In this document: positions 24,457 through 35,363 of the stretch, piece after piece
Numbering within the stretch: position 1 is the stretch's first letter
Layout of the letters: the number at the start of each line of letters is the position of its first letter
Source of the DNA: Vitrella brassicaformis CCMP3155
Lineage: Eukaryota; Protista; Chromerida
Direction of reading: 5' to 3'
NCBI GenBank assembly: GCA_001179505.1
Contig: CDMY01000327.1
Coordinates: 1 to 64,000 of the forward strand
DNA length: 64,000 bases
The notes under the pieces: generated by a model
The model's input: the letters and a program-made list of their open reading frames with translations, nothing else
Database searches by the model: none
What the model was told of the DNA's origin: nothing
Made by a program: the position numbers and the translations under genes

Positions 24457-27400
24457 CTACACTGGCGGCCTGGGCGTCCCCTCGTCCCCCCACCAGCCCC
24501 TTTTGACCAGGTTTAACACAGACCAGGCCCCCGACTTTCTCTGGCCGGCAGCCGGCTGTGTGTCTCCCCCAGTGCCCGCAACAGACGACCGACGTCTCTC
24601 ATCCTCTATTCGCCTTCTGCTGAGCTCAAACTCAGCGGCGGACGTGACCTGATCATCATCAATCTCATCCGGGTGGAAGGATGTTGACGAGTCGGAGGGG
24701 CGGGGGGGAGGGGCGCTGGCAGGGGTGGCCGAAGCATTCTGGGGTGACCCGCTGGCCCGGCGGGAGCTACGGCGAGGGGATGAGGTGGACGTGTGTGAGC
24801 GAGCAGGGAGAGTCTGGGACGCCTCAGGTGTACGCGCGTCGGCGCTGCCGACACCTCTGCCTCCTGTTGCCCGGTCTCCGCCTCGCCCTCTGCCAGCCGA
24901 TGTCTTCTGAGCATGGTGGCGGAGGAATCTGTTCCAATACGTGTCTCGCTCTTCCTGGTGCTCCAGGGCCTTCTTGCGGCGCTTGAGCCGCCAGTATGCG
25001 TACGCCGCTCCGACGAAGATGATGGCGAAGACAATACACAGGTAGAGCCAGACTGAGTTCTCGCCCGCCAGCAGCTCCTTCATGAATTCTGCGAATTGGT
25101 CTTCTGGGTCGCCGAGGGCGCTCTGCGGCCGGACGCACCGAAACTGGTTGAATGGAAGGTTGGGGTCCGTAGACTCCCACGTGCCGTTGTTGCACTTGGC
25201 GACGATGCCCGTGCCGCCGGCTACCGCGGACAGGTAGCCTCCGGCGCACGTCATGTCGAACTGACAACCGTGCTCGAAGGGTCGGGGTTCGAGGGGGCAC
25301 GTTTTGTTTTCAAACTTGTACGCTGGGCCGAGTGTCTTCTCGAGGGACTGGCAGTCGCCTGGCGAAGAGCATACAAGCATGCTGCATGAGGGTGTCAAGG
25401 GTTTGGCATTTACTCACTTCGGCAGTCGAGCTGGATTAGCGTCCATTGGCCGTCGAGGCACGTAATTTTGTTGGGGCTTGGCCCACCGACGCGAGAGGAG
25501 TTCTCCAACACGCAGATTAGCTCCCTCTCAGACCCGTGCTGCAGACCCGTCCCCCTCACCTTATAGCTGCCGAACACTCGCACTTTCCCCTCATCCCCCG
25601 GCGCAAGGAAAGATAACCCCGAGGTCGTCTCCGCCGGCAATTCGCCCGACTCGCCCGTGCAGCCGGTTCGACACACCAGTCCATTCTTGTTGTACAGCTT
25701 GCCGTTGTCGCACACCACTGTGTCTGGCTGTGCGCCCTTGGTCAGGTCATATCCAGTCTGACACTCAACAGAGCTCTCCGCCCCGTGCTGCAGCCCTGCT
25801 GCAGTAGCTGCGGCTGAGCCGATGCGGTATGCCTTACTGTATGCCTTGACATCTTGGGCACTGCAGCCTGTATTGGACAGCGATTCGGTGAGGTCGTCAA
25901 GGCCTATTGCGCCGCGGGGTGGCAAGGGCGGAGCACCCCGTGTGTTGATGAATGTGGGGGATGAGAAGCGGGAGTGCAGCACCATGCCGCCTGGGCGATC
26001 GGTGTCTATCTTGACGCTGATCGGCTGTTGTGGAGAGAGGCGGAGGGACTCGAGAGACACGTCACGGGCGAGACGCCTATCAACAGCCGCTGCCAGAGCG
26101 CCACTCATGCCCTGACAAGAATATCCGTCAAACAAAATATGTGCCGCATGTCGCGTCTCAGCTTACCTGCTGTTCAATGTATTCCCTCAGGAACACACCC
26201 ATGGTGTCGCGTTCTGGCGGGAGGTCCAGCTCCACCTCGACAGCAGCACGCCTCGCCACGTCCGTTGTGTCGGGCCGCACCACTATCCGCGACACGTCTG
26301 TACGGACAGTGCCGATCTCCCACGCAACGGCGTCCCTCAGGGCCTCCAGCAGGCCGTCGACCGTCGATGATGGTATGTTCAAGGCAGCAGCATCGATGTT
26401 TTCGAGCATGAGGTCAATGGAGAGGATCGAGGCAGTCTGGGCCGAGCCGTCGAATGCAGTGGAGCAGGTACGATCCAGAGACATGAGGCACTTCTGCTCC
26501 ACGTACGGGATGGTCCTGGGTACGTAAAAAAGCGGATGAGGATTGGTGCAGAAAGTACTTATGTTTTCACCAATGCCTTATTCACCTCTCAGCGATCCAT
26601 GGAGTGCGATCAGCCTCCTCAAATAGTGACGTCTGTTCGCTGTCCTTAGCTAGCGCCTCCCGCAGCACTTCCAGGGAGGCGGCAAAGCAGCAGCCCCTGT
26701 TGGTGACGCCATCCACCAGCTGAGTGCGGCATTCATTAGCACTGCAAACGAAGGCCGAGTCGTAAGGAAGACACTTCTCTTCCAGGTTGCCCACAGCATT
26801 CCGCAATGTGGTGGGAAACATGATCTGGAAGAGACAGTCCCCGCCGTCATACACGCAGTCCTCGTGGTAGCAGACAGCATCGCACTGGCCGTCACCGATG
26901 TAAGATTTCGGGCAGATGTCCGAGCAGTTAGTCAGCCGGGAGGTGTTCACTGCCGGCTGGGGAGACAGTTTGGTGGATGTGAGGGACGACGTGGGGCTGG
27001 AGACGTCAGATGGCGCGTCTGTGAAGAGGTATGATCGACAGAGATTGCTATCGGTGTTCTGGCTGCATGCGAAACGGGCATAGCCTAACAGCAGCTGTCC
27101 CAAGGCAAAGTGGTAAGGGCTCTCCATCTCGTCACCGAGGGTCGCGACGGCCGACCCCATTTGAGACACAACAGGCAGAAGACACCTGAATGAGACACAC
27201 CAGTGTATCCACTCGCAAAAGCCGCCCGGCATCTGCTTATGTGTCTACGCATTGCATACTTGGACTTGCATGGATTGGAAACGAGTTTGGGATTGACAAT
27301 GGGATTCTCCTCGGCCACCAGTTGCGCCTCCTGCTCGCAGTAGTCGCCCTCGACTCGCACACACACCACGTCCACCAACTCCTGTCGAAACGGCCCGTAG

Positions 27401-30400
27401 TAGTTCGGAACCACAGCACGCAACGTCTCCCGAGTCAGGAAAGTGTCAGGCTCCTCTGTTGGTATCGGGCCGCGAAGCCCTTCCAGGTCGATCGGCGACT
27501 CTCCAGGCTCCCTTGGCCCCGCAAGTGCAAATAGCCTGCTGACCGCACTCAAGTAGCGCGCGTTCGATCGGAAGCAGCTGTTTGCGTGACAGATAGTCAG
27601 CAGCTGGTCGGGTGCCTTTCCTGCCAGGGCCTGGATGGACATGTCGGGCCGCTGCTTGACTATGTCTCCAAAGCAATACGGCGATGTCTCCCCTGTCGAT
27701 GTTGGCTCGGTGGCGCACCAAGCCTCCAGCACGTCGAGCAATGGCCGACGAGCAGTACAGTCTGCTGGCAGGGCGACGGCCGCCCTCATCAGCTGGTCCC
27801 GCTCGCTGGAACACGAGCCCGTACAGAATGACTGGACGCGGTCTCTGTCCATCGCCCCGCGATAGAGACGGTCCCCACATACGGAATAGATGTAGTCCCG
27901 CGTTTGACGGATGATGTCGCAACACGGTGTCGTAGTGTTACTGCACTCGGGCGGGAAAGCGATCTCCGGGCGGGACAGGCCAATCTTTGTAAGTAGTTTC
28001 CACGTTTGTTTTGGCGGATTGCCTTGTCCGGGCCAGGACCCCTCTGCTCTTGATTTGGGGATGTTTCGCCTTGCAGGTTTGTCGTACTCGACAGTCACAG
28101 TACTCATGATGGCGGATGCTGAGAGGGCTGGCGCAGCGAATGTCTCACCAGGTATCGTGACCCCTGCCAACTTCTGCACGAGCGCGTCGCGGTATCTGGT
28201 GTCAAAGCTGGTGTTGATGAACTTCTGGTCCATCCAGTCATTGGTCTGGCTGACCGTCAGGCCAGGCAGCTCGACGTAGAAGTTGACCTGCAGGAACTCT
28301 CTCCCATCCTCCTGCTCCTCTTCCTCCTGGAGCAGTCGCGCCACCGCTGCCGTGATGGTGTTGCAGCCGGCAGGGAGGGACACCTCGCCCCTGTCGATTG
28401 CGTCCTGTAGGGCATTGGGGATGAAGGGCGAGCCCTCCGTGCACTTGCCACATGAGACGGGACACGCGTCCGAAATGAGGGTCTCCGGGGGGACACCTTC
28501 AGGAATAGTCGCGCCAGGACTGAAAGTGTTGACGAGCTGCTCCAGTGTGCTAGGACACTGTTGGAGGGAGAATAGGAGGTCACAAGTGACAGCCAGGTCA
28601 GGTCCTGCAGCCTCCTGCGCAAGCCGCTCAAATGTGGCGCTGTTGGCACACACGCCAGTAACGAGGGGCTTCAAATCGGCCGGTATCTCGACGTCATCAA
28701 GTGAGCAGGCCGCAAGGGGCGGCCCCCCTTCAGTAGGAGCCGCAATGACGGCGAGGCTGCTGGCGATGGCGCTGATCTGAACAGCCGCGTTTGTGGTCGT
28801 TCCCAATGTGGACACCAATGCGGCCTGAGATACGACAACAGCGCAGCACACGTAAAGTGTCGAAGCGTCTTTCCTGGATCCTCACATGAATTGCAGGAAT
28901 CGTTGTTTCATCGAAGTTCTCAGCTCCCCGCAGCCTCAGGATGCCTTCAAACTTGGCCACCATCTCCTCAGTACAGCCAAGGTCAGGGGCCGTGAACTGC
29001 CCATCAGTACACGTCACGAAGGCGTACCCGCCGAACCCCTCTTTGGCCACATAGCCGTCAGCACACGACAGGACGCGCCCTCCTCCGTGTCTGACCAGCC
29101 CCTGCTTCCGAAGGGGGTCTTGCTCCTCAGAGCTTGGGACCGTCAGAACGAAGCCGCTTCCAAGCTGCTTGAGCCATTCGATGGAGCACGTCCGCTTCAG
29201 GTCGCAGGATGGACATGAACCTCCACAGTCAACGCCTTGCTCGTCGCCGTTTTGTATGGCGTCCGTACACTGCGGTTTGCCACAGAGTCCACATGACTTG
29301 GGGCACGTGTCTCGAACTCGGGCAGTCGGGGGCAAGTTGACCGGCGGGGGCTCGTCCGAGAGGTCCTTCAGGAGGGTATCGCAGCCCTGGGCCCCAATAC
29401 GGATGAAGAGATCACACGAGTACCCCAAGGCTTCCACCATCGGGTTGTCCTTGCAGCCTGCCACACAGGAAAACAAGCCAGTGACGGCAGACCCCATCAG
29501 CTCATCAACCTACACGCCCATTTGGTACTTACCGGCGTCTCCTGGCGATGGCGCTGGCTGGTCTGCAGCAGGTGTGCAGGCCTTGCACGTCCGGTTGCAC
29601 GCATCGTTGAGTGTCCAATCAGGGGGCACCCCAGCAGGCAGACGCTGCCCAGACGGCAGCAAGTCCTTCAGCGGTGTGCCACACCCATTGATGGCAAACT
29701 GTAGCAACAAGTCGCACGGAAAGCCCAGCTGAGTTGTCAACGGGTCATCCACACACGTCTCTGCCACTGGCGGGGGCGTCGTCTGTGGCGCTAGGGTGAA
29801 GCCGGGCGGGACCGTGACCGCTGCCGAGCAGTCCTTGCATGTCTTCGGGCATGCATTTTTGACAAGGATTTCTTCAGGGATGGACGACGGCCACTCCATA
29901 CCAGGTGCATTCTCTCTCTGCACATCAATAAGTCTGTCGCTGCAGTTTCCGACGAAGACCAGAATGTCGCAGTTGATGCCCTCAAACTGGCTGACAAGGG
30001 GGCTGTCCTCGCAATCCAACGAGTCCTCATACCCTGGCAGAGGAGTGCCGGTCGGGGCAGGGGTGACTGGGATACAGCCTGTTGGCGTCGGCAGGTTGGC
30101 ATACACGATGGGAGGGAAGAACGTCTCGCCCTCCTCACAGAGGCCGCAGGTGAGCGGACAGGCATCTGCCACCGTGGTCTCGGGCGGGACATTCGGTGGG
30201 AGGGTCGTGTCACCTACTACTGCTGCAAACTTCTCCAGAAGCTCCCCGAAAGTGATGGTACAGTCCTGCCCATTGAGGTTGTACAGGACTGAGCAGCTGA
30301 GCGCCAGATCTCCCCCGACTTCTGCGACAGCATTGCTGTCCTCACACACGCCCGAGAAGAGCCCCTTGTACTCGTCAGGGATGTCGTCGATCGAGATTTC

Positions 30401-33027
30401 GGGCAGCGCGCACTCGCCACCCGTAGGCGCCGCCGTTGTCTCCCCTGGCGCGAGAGTGGTGACCTCGACTCCACTGTACGCCGCCGCCTCCTCGAAGGGC
30501 ACACATGCCGGCACTTGTGGGATGCCGTTGACAACCTCGAGATCGGCGCCCTCGCCAACAAAGTTGCCGTCGCTGAGACATGTCAGGGTGATCTGCTCGA
30601 CGTCGAAATAGCCCAAGAATCGCTGCGAGGAGTCTGGGCATTTGATGGTGTAGTTCTGGCCCTCATTGATGAAGCGGCTAATGGGGGTGACGCCTCTGCG
30701 TGTCGACACAGGGATCTCGGGCCCCTCACAGTCGCCCTGACAGTCGCCCTCATCAAAGTTGCAGTCTCCTGCAACATTGCATGGCGTCTCACAGTTGAGG
30801 TTCCCCAGCTCCCACAACTCACAACCGGACGCGCACTCTGAAGAATACAAACAATAGTCGGGTATGGCCCATATGCGATCTCTTTATTGTGAGTCCTAAC
30901 ATGTACCTTCACACAGGCCGCAGGTTCTCCTGCATGCGTCCTGTATGCGCGCCTCCGGCGGTACGCTTTCCGGGAAATCCAGCCCGAATTGTTTTGCAAG
31001 ATCCATCAGGAATTCGGCGCACTCGGCCGCAAGGAGCATCTGCTCGCATGTAAAGCCGCCAGACAGTGACGCGACGTCGGGATCGTCTTCACACTGTGTT
31101 CCAGCTGAGGAGCGAAAAGTCAGACGTGAGCAGTCGACAAGTCGAGGAGCTCGAGCGTACGGCATCTGAGTTGGTTGCAGACTTGTCGCTCCTTGAGACT
31201 CGAGGGGCAGGGTCGCCCGCCCTCTTCGGGTGGTGTCTGCACACATGCATATGCGATGCATATCCGATGCATACACCCACGTGCTACCAATCGACCTTGC
31301 TGTTTCCTCCTCGCCGACCTGAATTTGTCTCGTTCGGACCTGCTGTCCATAGCTTCCGCTGGCAAAGCAGGTGGCGGAGCATTCACTCCAGTCAGACCAC
31401 GCAGACACGACGCAGTCACGGGGAGGAGCTGAATGAATGACAGGACGAAGAATACAAGTACAGAAGGAGAGTCGTGTGGCATGCCCGTGACCCACCGCAA
31501 GTGTCAGTGTTGCACGCGAGTGTTTCCTCGAATGGCGGACACGGCAGGCCACCGGCACACGGAGGAGTCTGAGAAAAAAGGAAAACGCTCGCAGATGATA
31601 GATCAGTGTCCAGTGTGTGGACTCGATGTTTTACCGATACGGTTCTTGTTCTGTTTTTCGAGCCCCCTCCGCAGGCCTTTGTGCACGTTGACCAAGCGCT
31701 CCATTGCGTCATCACACATTCAGAGAAAGTACAATCAGTCGCTGACGTGATATGATCAGAACACAGAAAAGCGTGAGACAGCGAGGGCGGTGGGACAAAT
31801 ATTCGATTCGTGTCTCTCACCGCAGCTTGTGAGTAGGCATTCTCTTGTGTCTTCGAGAGGGTCGCAAGACGCTCCCTCGAATTTAGCTTCGCTCACAACG
31901 CTTCTTGTCCGCCGTTCAGTGCCCAGGTCACATGTGTTAGAGCACAGACTCCACTCACCCCACTCGCTAGGAACACAATCCACAGCTGAGACATAACAAA
32001 AGGAAGCTCTTAAGCGCTGATGCGTCTGTGTGTTCTTCTCATGTGTTTCTCCCTTCAAGTGTCTCTCCTCACGGCAAGGAACATCCTCGTTGCAATCTTC
32101 TCGCTCTTGGAGCAGAGGACATGCACGGCCATTGTTCCTCGGAAGCTCCTGACGGACGAAAACAGAGGTAAGCCGATAGCTCGTCCCTTTAAATGATCAT
32201 TCGTACGCGTATGTCTCGCTCTCTGAATGCGCTGCCGGGTCCGTTGCAGGAGACCGAGCATTCACTCCACTCGTTCCACTCGCTGACCACACAGTCCTTG
32301 TCTGACGATAAGAAAGATGACGGACTCGAAGACAGACGGAATGTTCCTTCTCAATGTCTGCGTACCGAAACAGTCTCCTCCGTCGAACTGACAGTCCGGA
32401 TTGTAGCACTCCTCCTCACACTTGCCGTTGTCGAGGAAATACAGCGCACAACCGGGCGCGCATGCTGTAGTGGAAAACAGCCGAAACACCTTGTGTTGTT
32501 CGTGGACAGCATATCTATCTTGCTTTTGTCTCACTTCTGCACAGTCCGCAGCTAGCCGGGCATACGTCTGCCACCCGTGCATTCTGCGGCACACCCTCGG
32601 GCAAGGAAGAGGGCGCAACCTCCACGCCAGGAAGCTCAACATCAATATTCAAGAGGTCCCTCAACAGCTCAGAGCACCCCAGCGGTCCAAGATTGGTGGC
32701 AAGAACTGCACAACTCTGGCCCAGCTCCTGCACCTCGGGCATATCCTTGCATGCTATTTCTCCGCCAGTGGAACCGCCCGTGCCGCCACCGGTCGTGTCC
32801 TTGGGTTCCTGTTGAGCAATCAGGTTAGGATCTGAGAAGACGGGAGGAAAGCCAGGAACAGGCGGCGCAGGGGGCGCAGGGGGCGCAGGAGGAGCAGGAG
32901 GGACCGGGAAGAGGCCGCCGAAGGGATCACCTCCTCCGAAAAGGCCCTGGGCGCTCGAGAGAGCCACAAGGGACAGGAAAATTGCCGCAAGCTGAACAAG
33001 ACGAGTAGCAAACCTTCCCTCGTGCAT
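24457..33027 (-). CDS. Large type I membrane adhesin A, TRAP-C2/MIC14/MIC15-like: SP, about 7 ShKT-like, 3 LNR, 4 TSP1, 5 Sushi/CCP, 2 SEA-like, Cys-rich helical region, TM, tail
   Basis: Signal MHEGRFATRLVQLAAIFLSLVALSSAQ; CKDMPEV…VADVCPASCGLC; CAPGCALYFLDNGKCEEECYNPDCQFDGGDC; TSP1 CVPSEWGEWSLCSNTCDLGTERRTR; CTDAIQNGDEQGVDCGGSCPSC; TM VWLYLCIVFAIIFVGAAYAYW; stop at 24457. Many GT-AG introns. Confidence 0.85.
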
Positions 33028-33234
33028 CCTTGATGCGAGATGGGCGGAATGTCGGGGAGGGAGGGAAAAGATCGCTCTTGGCCCCACGGCAGCCCCCATC
33101 TCTCCCTCCCCCCCCCCCTCTCGGAATACTACGACATTGAGACCGCGTAGGCCTACGGTGAACGTGAGAAGCTTCGACAGACAGACCCCCACTCGGATTC
33201 CCCATCGATTCGAATTCTCGTTCTCCTGACTGTC

Positions 33235-33526
33235 ATGGGTGCCCTTTGCGGCAAAGGGGGCAGGGACGATGACGATGTGGACATCCCGGACAACAAGTTT
33301 GCGAGAATGGCTTATCGGAAAGCCACCAAGATGAAGCCGAAGCCCAAAGACGCCGACGAGGGGCCCAGGAGAGACGAAGAAGGTGTGTCGAGAAGAAATG
33401 CTGCACAGAGACGACTGCTGGATGTGCGTCTGTCTATATGATCATTTTGGTGCAGCTAAGGCGGTTGAATCAAATCCAGCAACCGAAGAGAAGGGAGAGG
33501 GAGAAAAGCGGGTCGGTTTCGCTTGA
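33235..33526 (+). CDS. 72-aa predicted myristoylated/palmitoylated protein with a C-terminal RVxF motif
   Basis: join(33235..33382,33456..33526), GT-AG and in frame: MGALCGKGGRDDDDVDIPDNKFARMAYRKATKMKPKPKDADEGPRRDEEAKAVESNPATEEKGEGEKRVGFA*. Confidence 0.65.
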
Positions 33527-34629
33527 CACAGGCCCTGCACTGTGTACTGGTGTGCCCTTCCTCTTGCTGGACTTTTTGCATTGTCGTGAGCTGAACGTCA
33601 CCTTTGCAAAAACACAATGACAGAATCGACCCGCTGCGTTTGTCTTCTCGACTCATGTCATATCATAAGATTGCTCGATACGAACCGATGCTTGGGCGGC
33701 CGTTATCGCCCGTTCATGTATCTTAACTTCTATTACATGAAGAATGCACATGGTGTGAGTCAGAATGCCAACCAGTGGCTGTCTGTCTGTGTGTACATAT
33801 CTGTCTGTCTGTCTGTCTGTCTGCCAGGTAGTCTGTCTCTTCCTCAACCAGTCAGCACCTCGTTCAAGTGGCCATGTGTGTGAATTGAAAGGGAGTTACC
33901 GATGTGATCAGTTGACTTCATGGACACAATGCAAGCGGTCCAACCGCTCACCGGGGCGTGACATTGACAGATCCGACCTGGCAAATGCATTCATGCGTTC
34001 ATCATGAACCCCGCAAATGTGTCCGTATGTACATGACGTATGAATCTGTCTCAGCCACGATTCCCATCAATCATCCGGCCATCCGTACATTGATGTATAG
34101 AGATAGAGAGACCTTTGCAGCCATCCTCGTATCAGTCGGTCCACACATACCCGCACCCTCTAACACCTCGGAGGGTCGCCATACCGTGGTGGTGGACTAC
34201 GGATGTGTATGCTATGGTGGTGTGCTCTATGTGTATGCTATGGTGGTTGTGTGCTCTGTGTGTATGGTGTGGAGCCTCCTTTTCCTTCTGTTGACGAGGG
34301 TCTTACCACGGACCCAACGAAAGCTAATACAGACCTATGGAAACCAAGACAACCACGTACACCAACCATGTGCACTGTTGCCTACCGACCTTCTCTCTTT
34401 GCCTACCGTGAATTCATCGTAGACCTGTTGAGATCATACTGTTCTGTTGGAAACCGCATGGCATGGGTGCTGAGGAACCGCCGCCACTGACAGAGGCAAC
34501 ACATTGCCGTGGCAACGAGCGGCTGTGCGCACCTGCAGCTGCCAGATCCACCAGATCCCTCCACTCCTGGCTCACTGCATACGGAGACACACAGCATGGG
34601 TGACATCCATATAGCTACGCTGGCGCCGC

Positions 34630-35160
34630 CTACAAAGTCCAACGAATACTAAACAGCTGAAACACGGACAATTTGTGAGTATGTGTGGGCTCTGTGCGTA
34701 CCGTCTGGTTTACGGGCTGCTGCTTGGGAGCCTGTTCGCCGAACCACCAGAAGCCACTACACCTCTGACAAAACCAAAACACAGACATACGTGCGTGTCG
34801 GACGCGTTCCAATATTGACGCGTTCCATCCGATGTGTTGTATTGGAGGAGGAAGTGAAGAGTTTCGTCCCCACTGGTCGGCTTTGTACACTTCAACCAGC
34901 AGGCCTTTGACCATGCCGCCCACCTGCTTCGGCGCGAAACACCTGCCAACACACCCACCCACACACCCGTACCACGAAACCTGAAAGAAATCCCACATAC
35001 CGACGCTGCCATAGATGTGATGAATAGATGGATGCACCACGTAGCTCCTTCCCTCTACGCGCTTACCATCACCTGTCAACGTGGTGTCGGTCCTGGTCGG
35101 CTGACGGAAGGTAAAGAACACGAAAGGATTCGGAACTCGCATGCCAGTCCAACTCATTCG
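34630..35160 (-). other. Possible small spliced gene or transcript, head-to-head with the S74 gene
   Basis: Several GT…AG intron-like segments on the minus strand (gtaagc…ggcag, gtttcg…agcag, gtatgt…gtcag) inside ORF 34630..35352; no recognisable domain. Confidence 0.25.
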
Positions 35161-35363
35161 TCCGTCAGCAGCAGCGGCTTCGAGAGCAGCGTCTGCAGGC
35201 GTGCGAGCTTGGGGGTTCCCACTTGTGAAAGAGATCCTTGTCGCCTCGAAATGAGTAGGGAGGGAATCTCCGATGGGTGAGGTGGGAGGAAATAGGTTTC
35301 GGCATCCTGTATTCATGTATCTGTGTTGTTGCAGGACCCGATGATGGTTCATTGACGGTGTTG

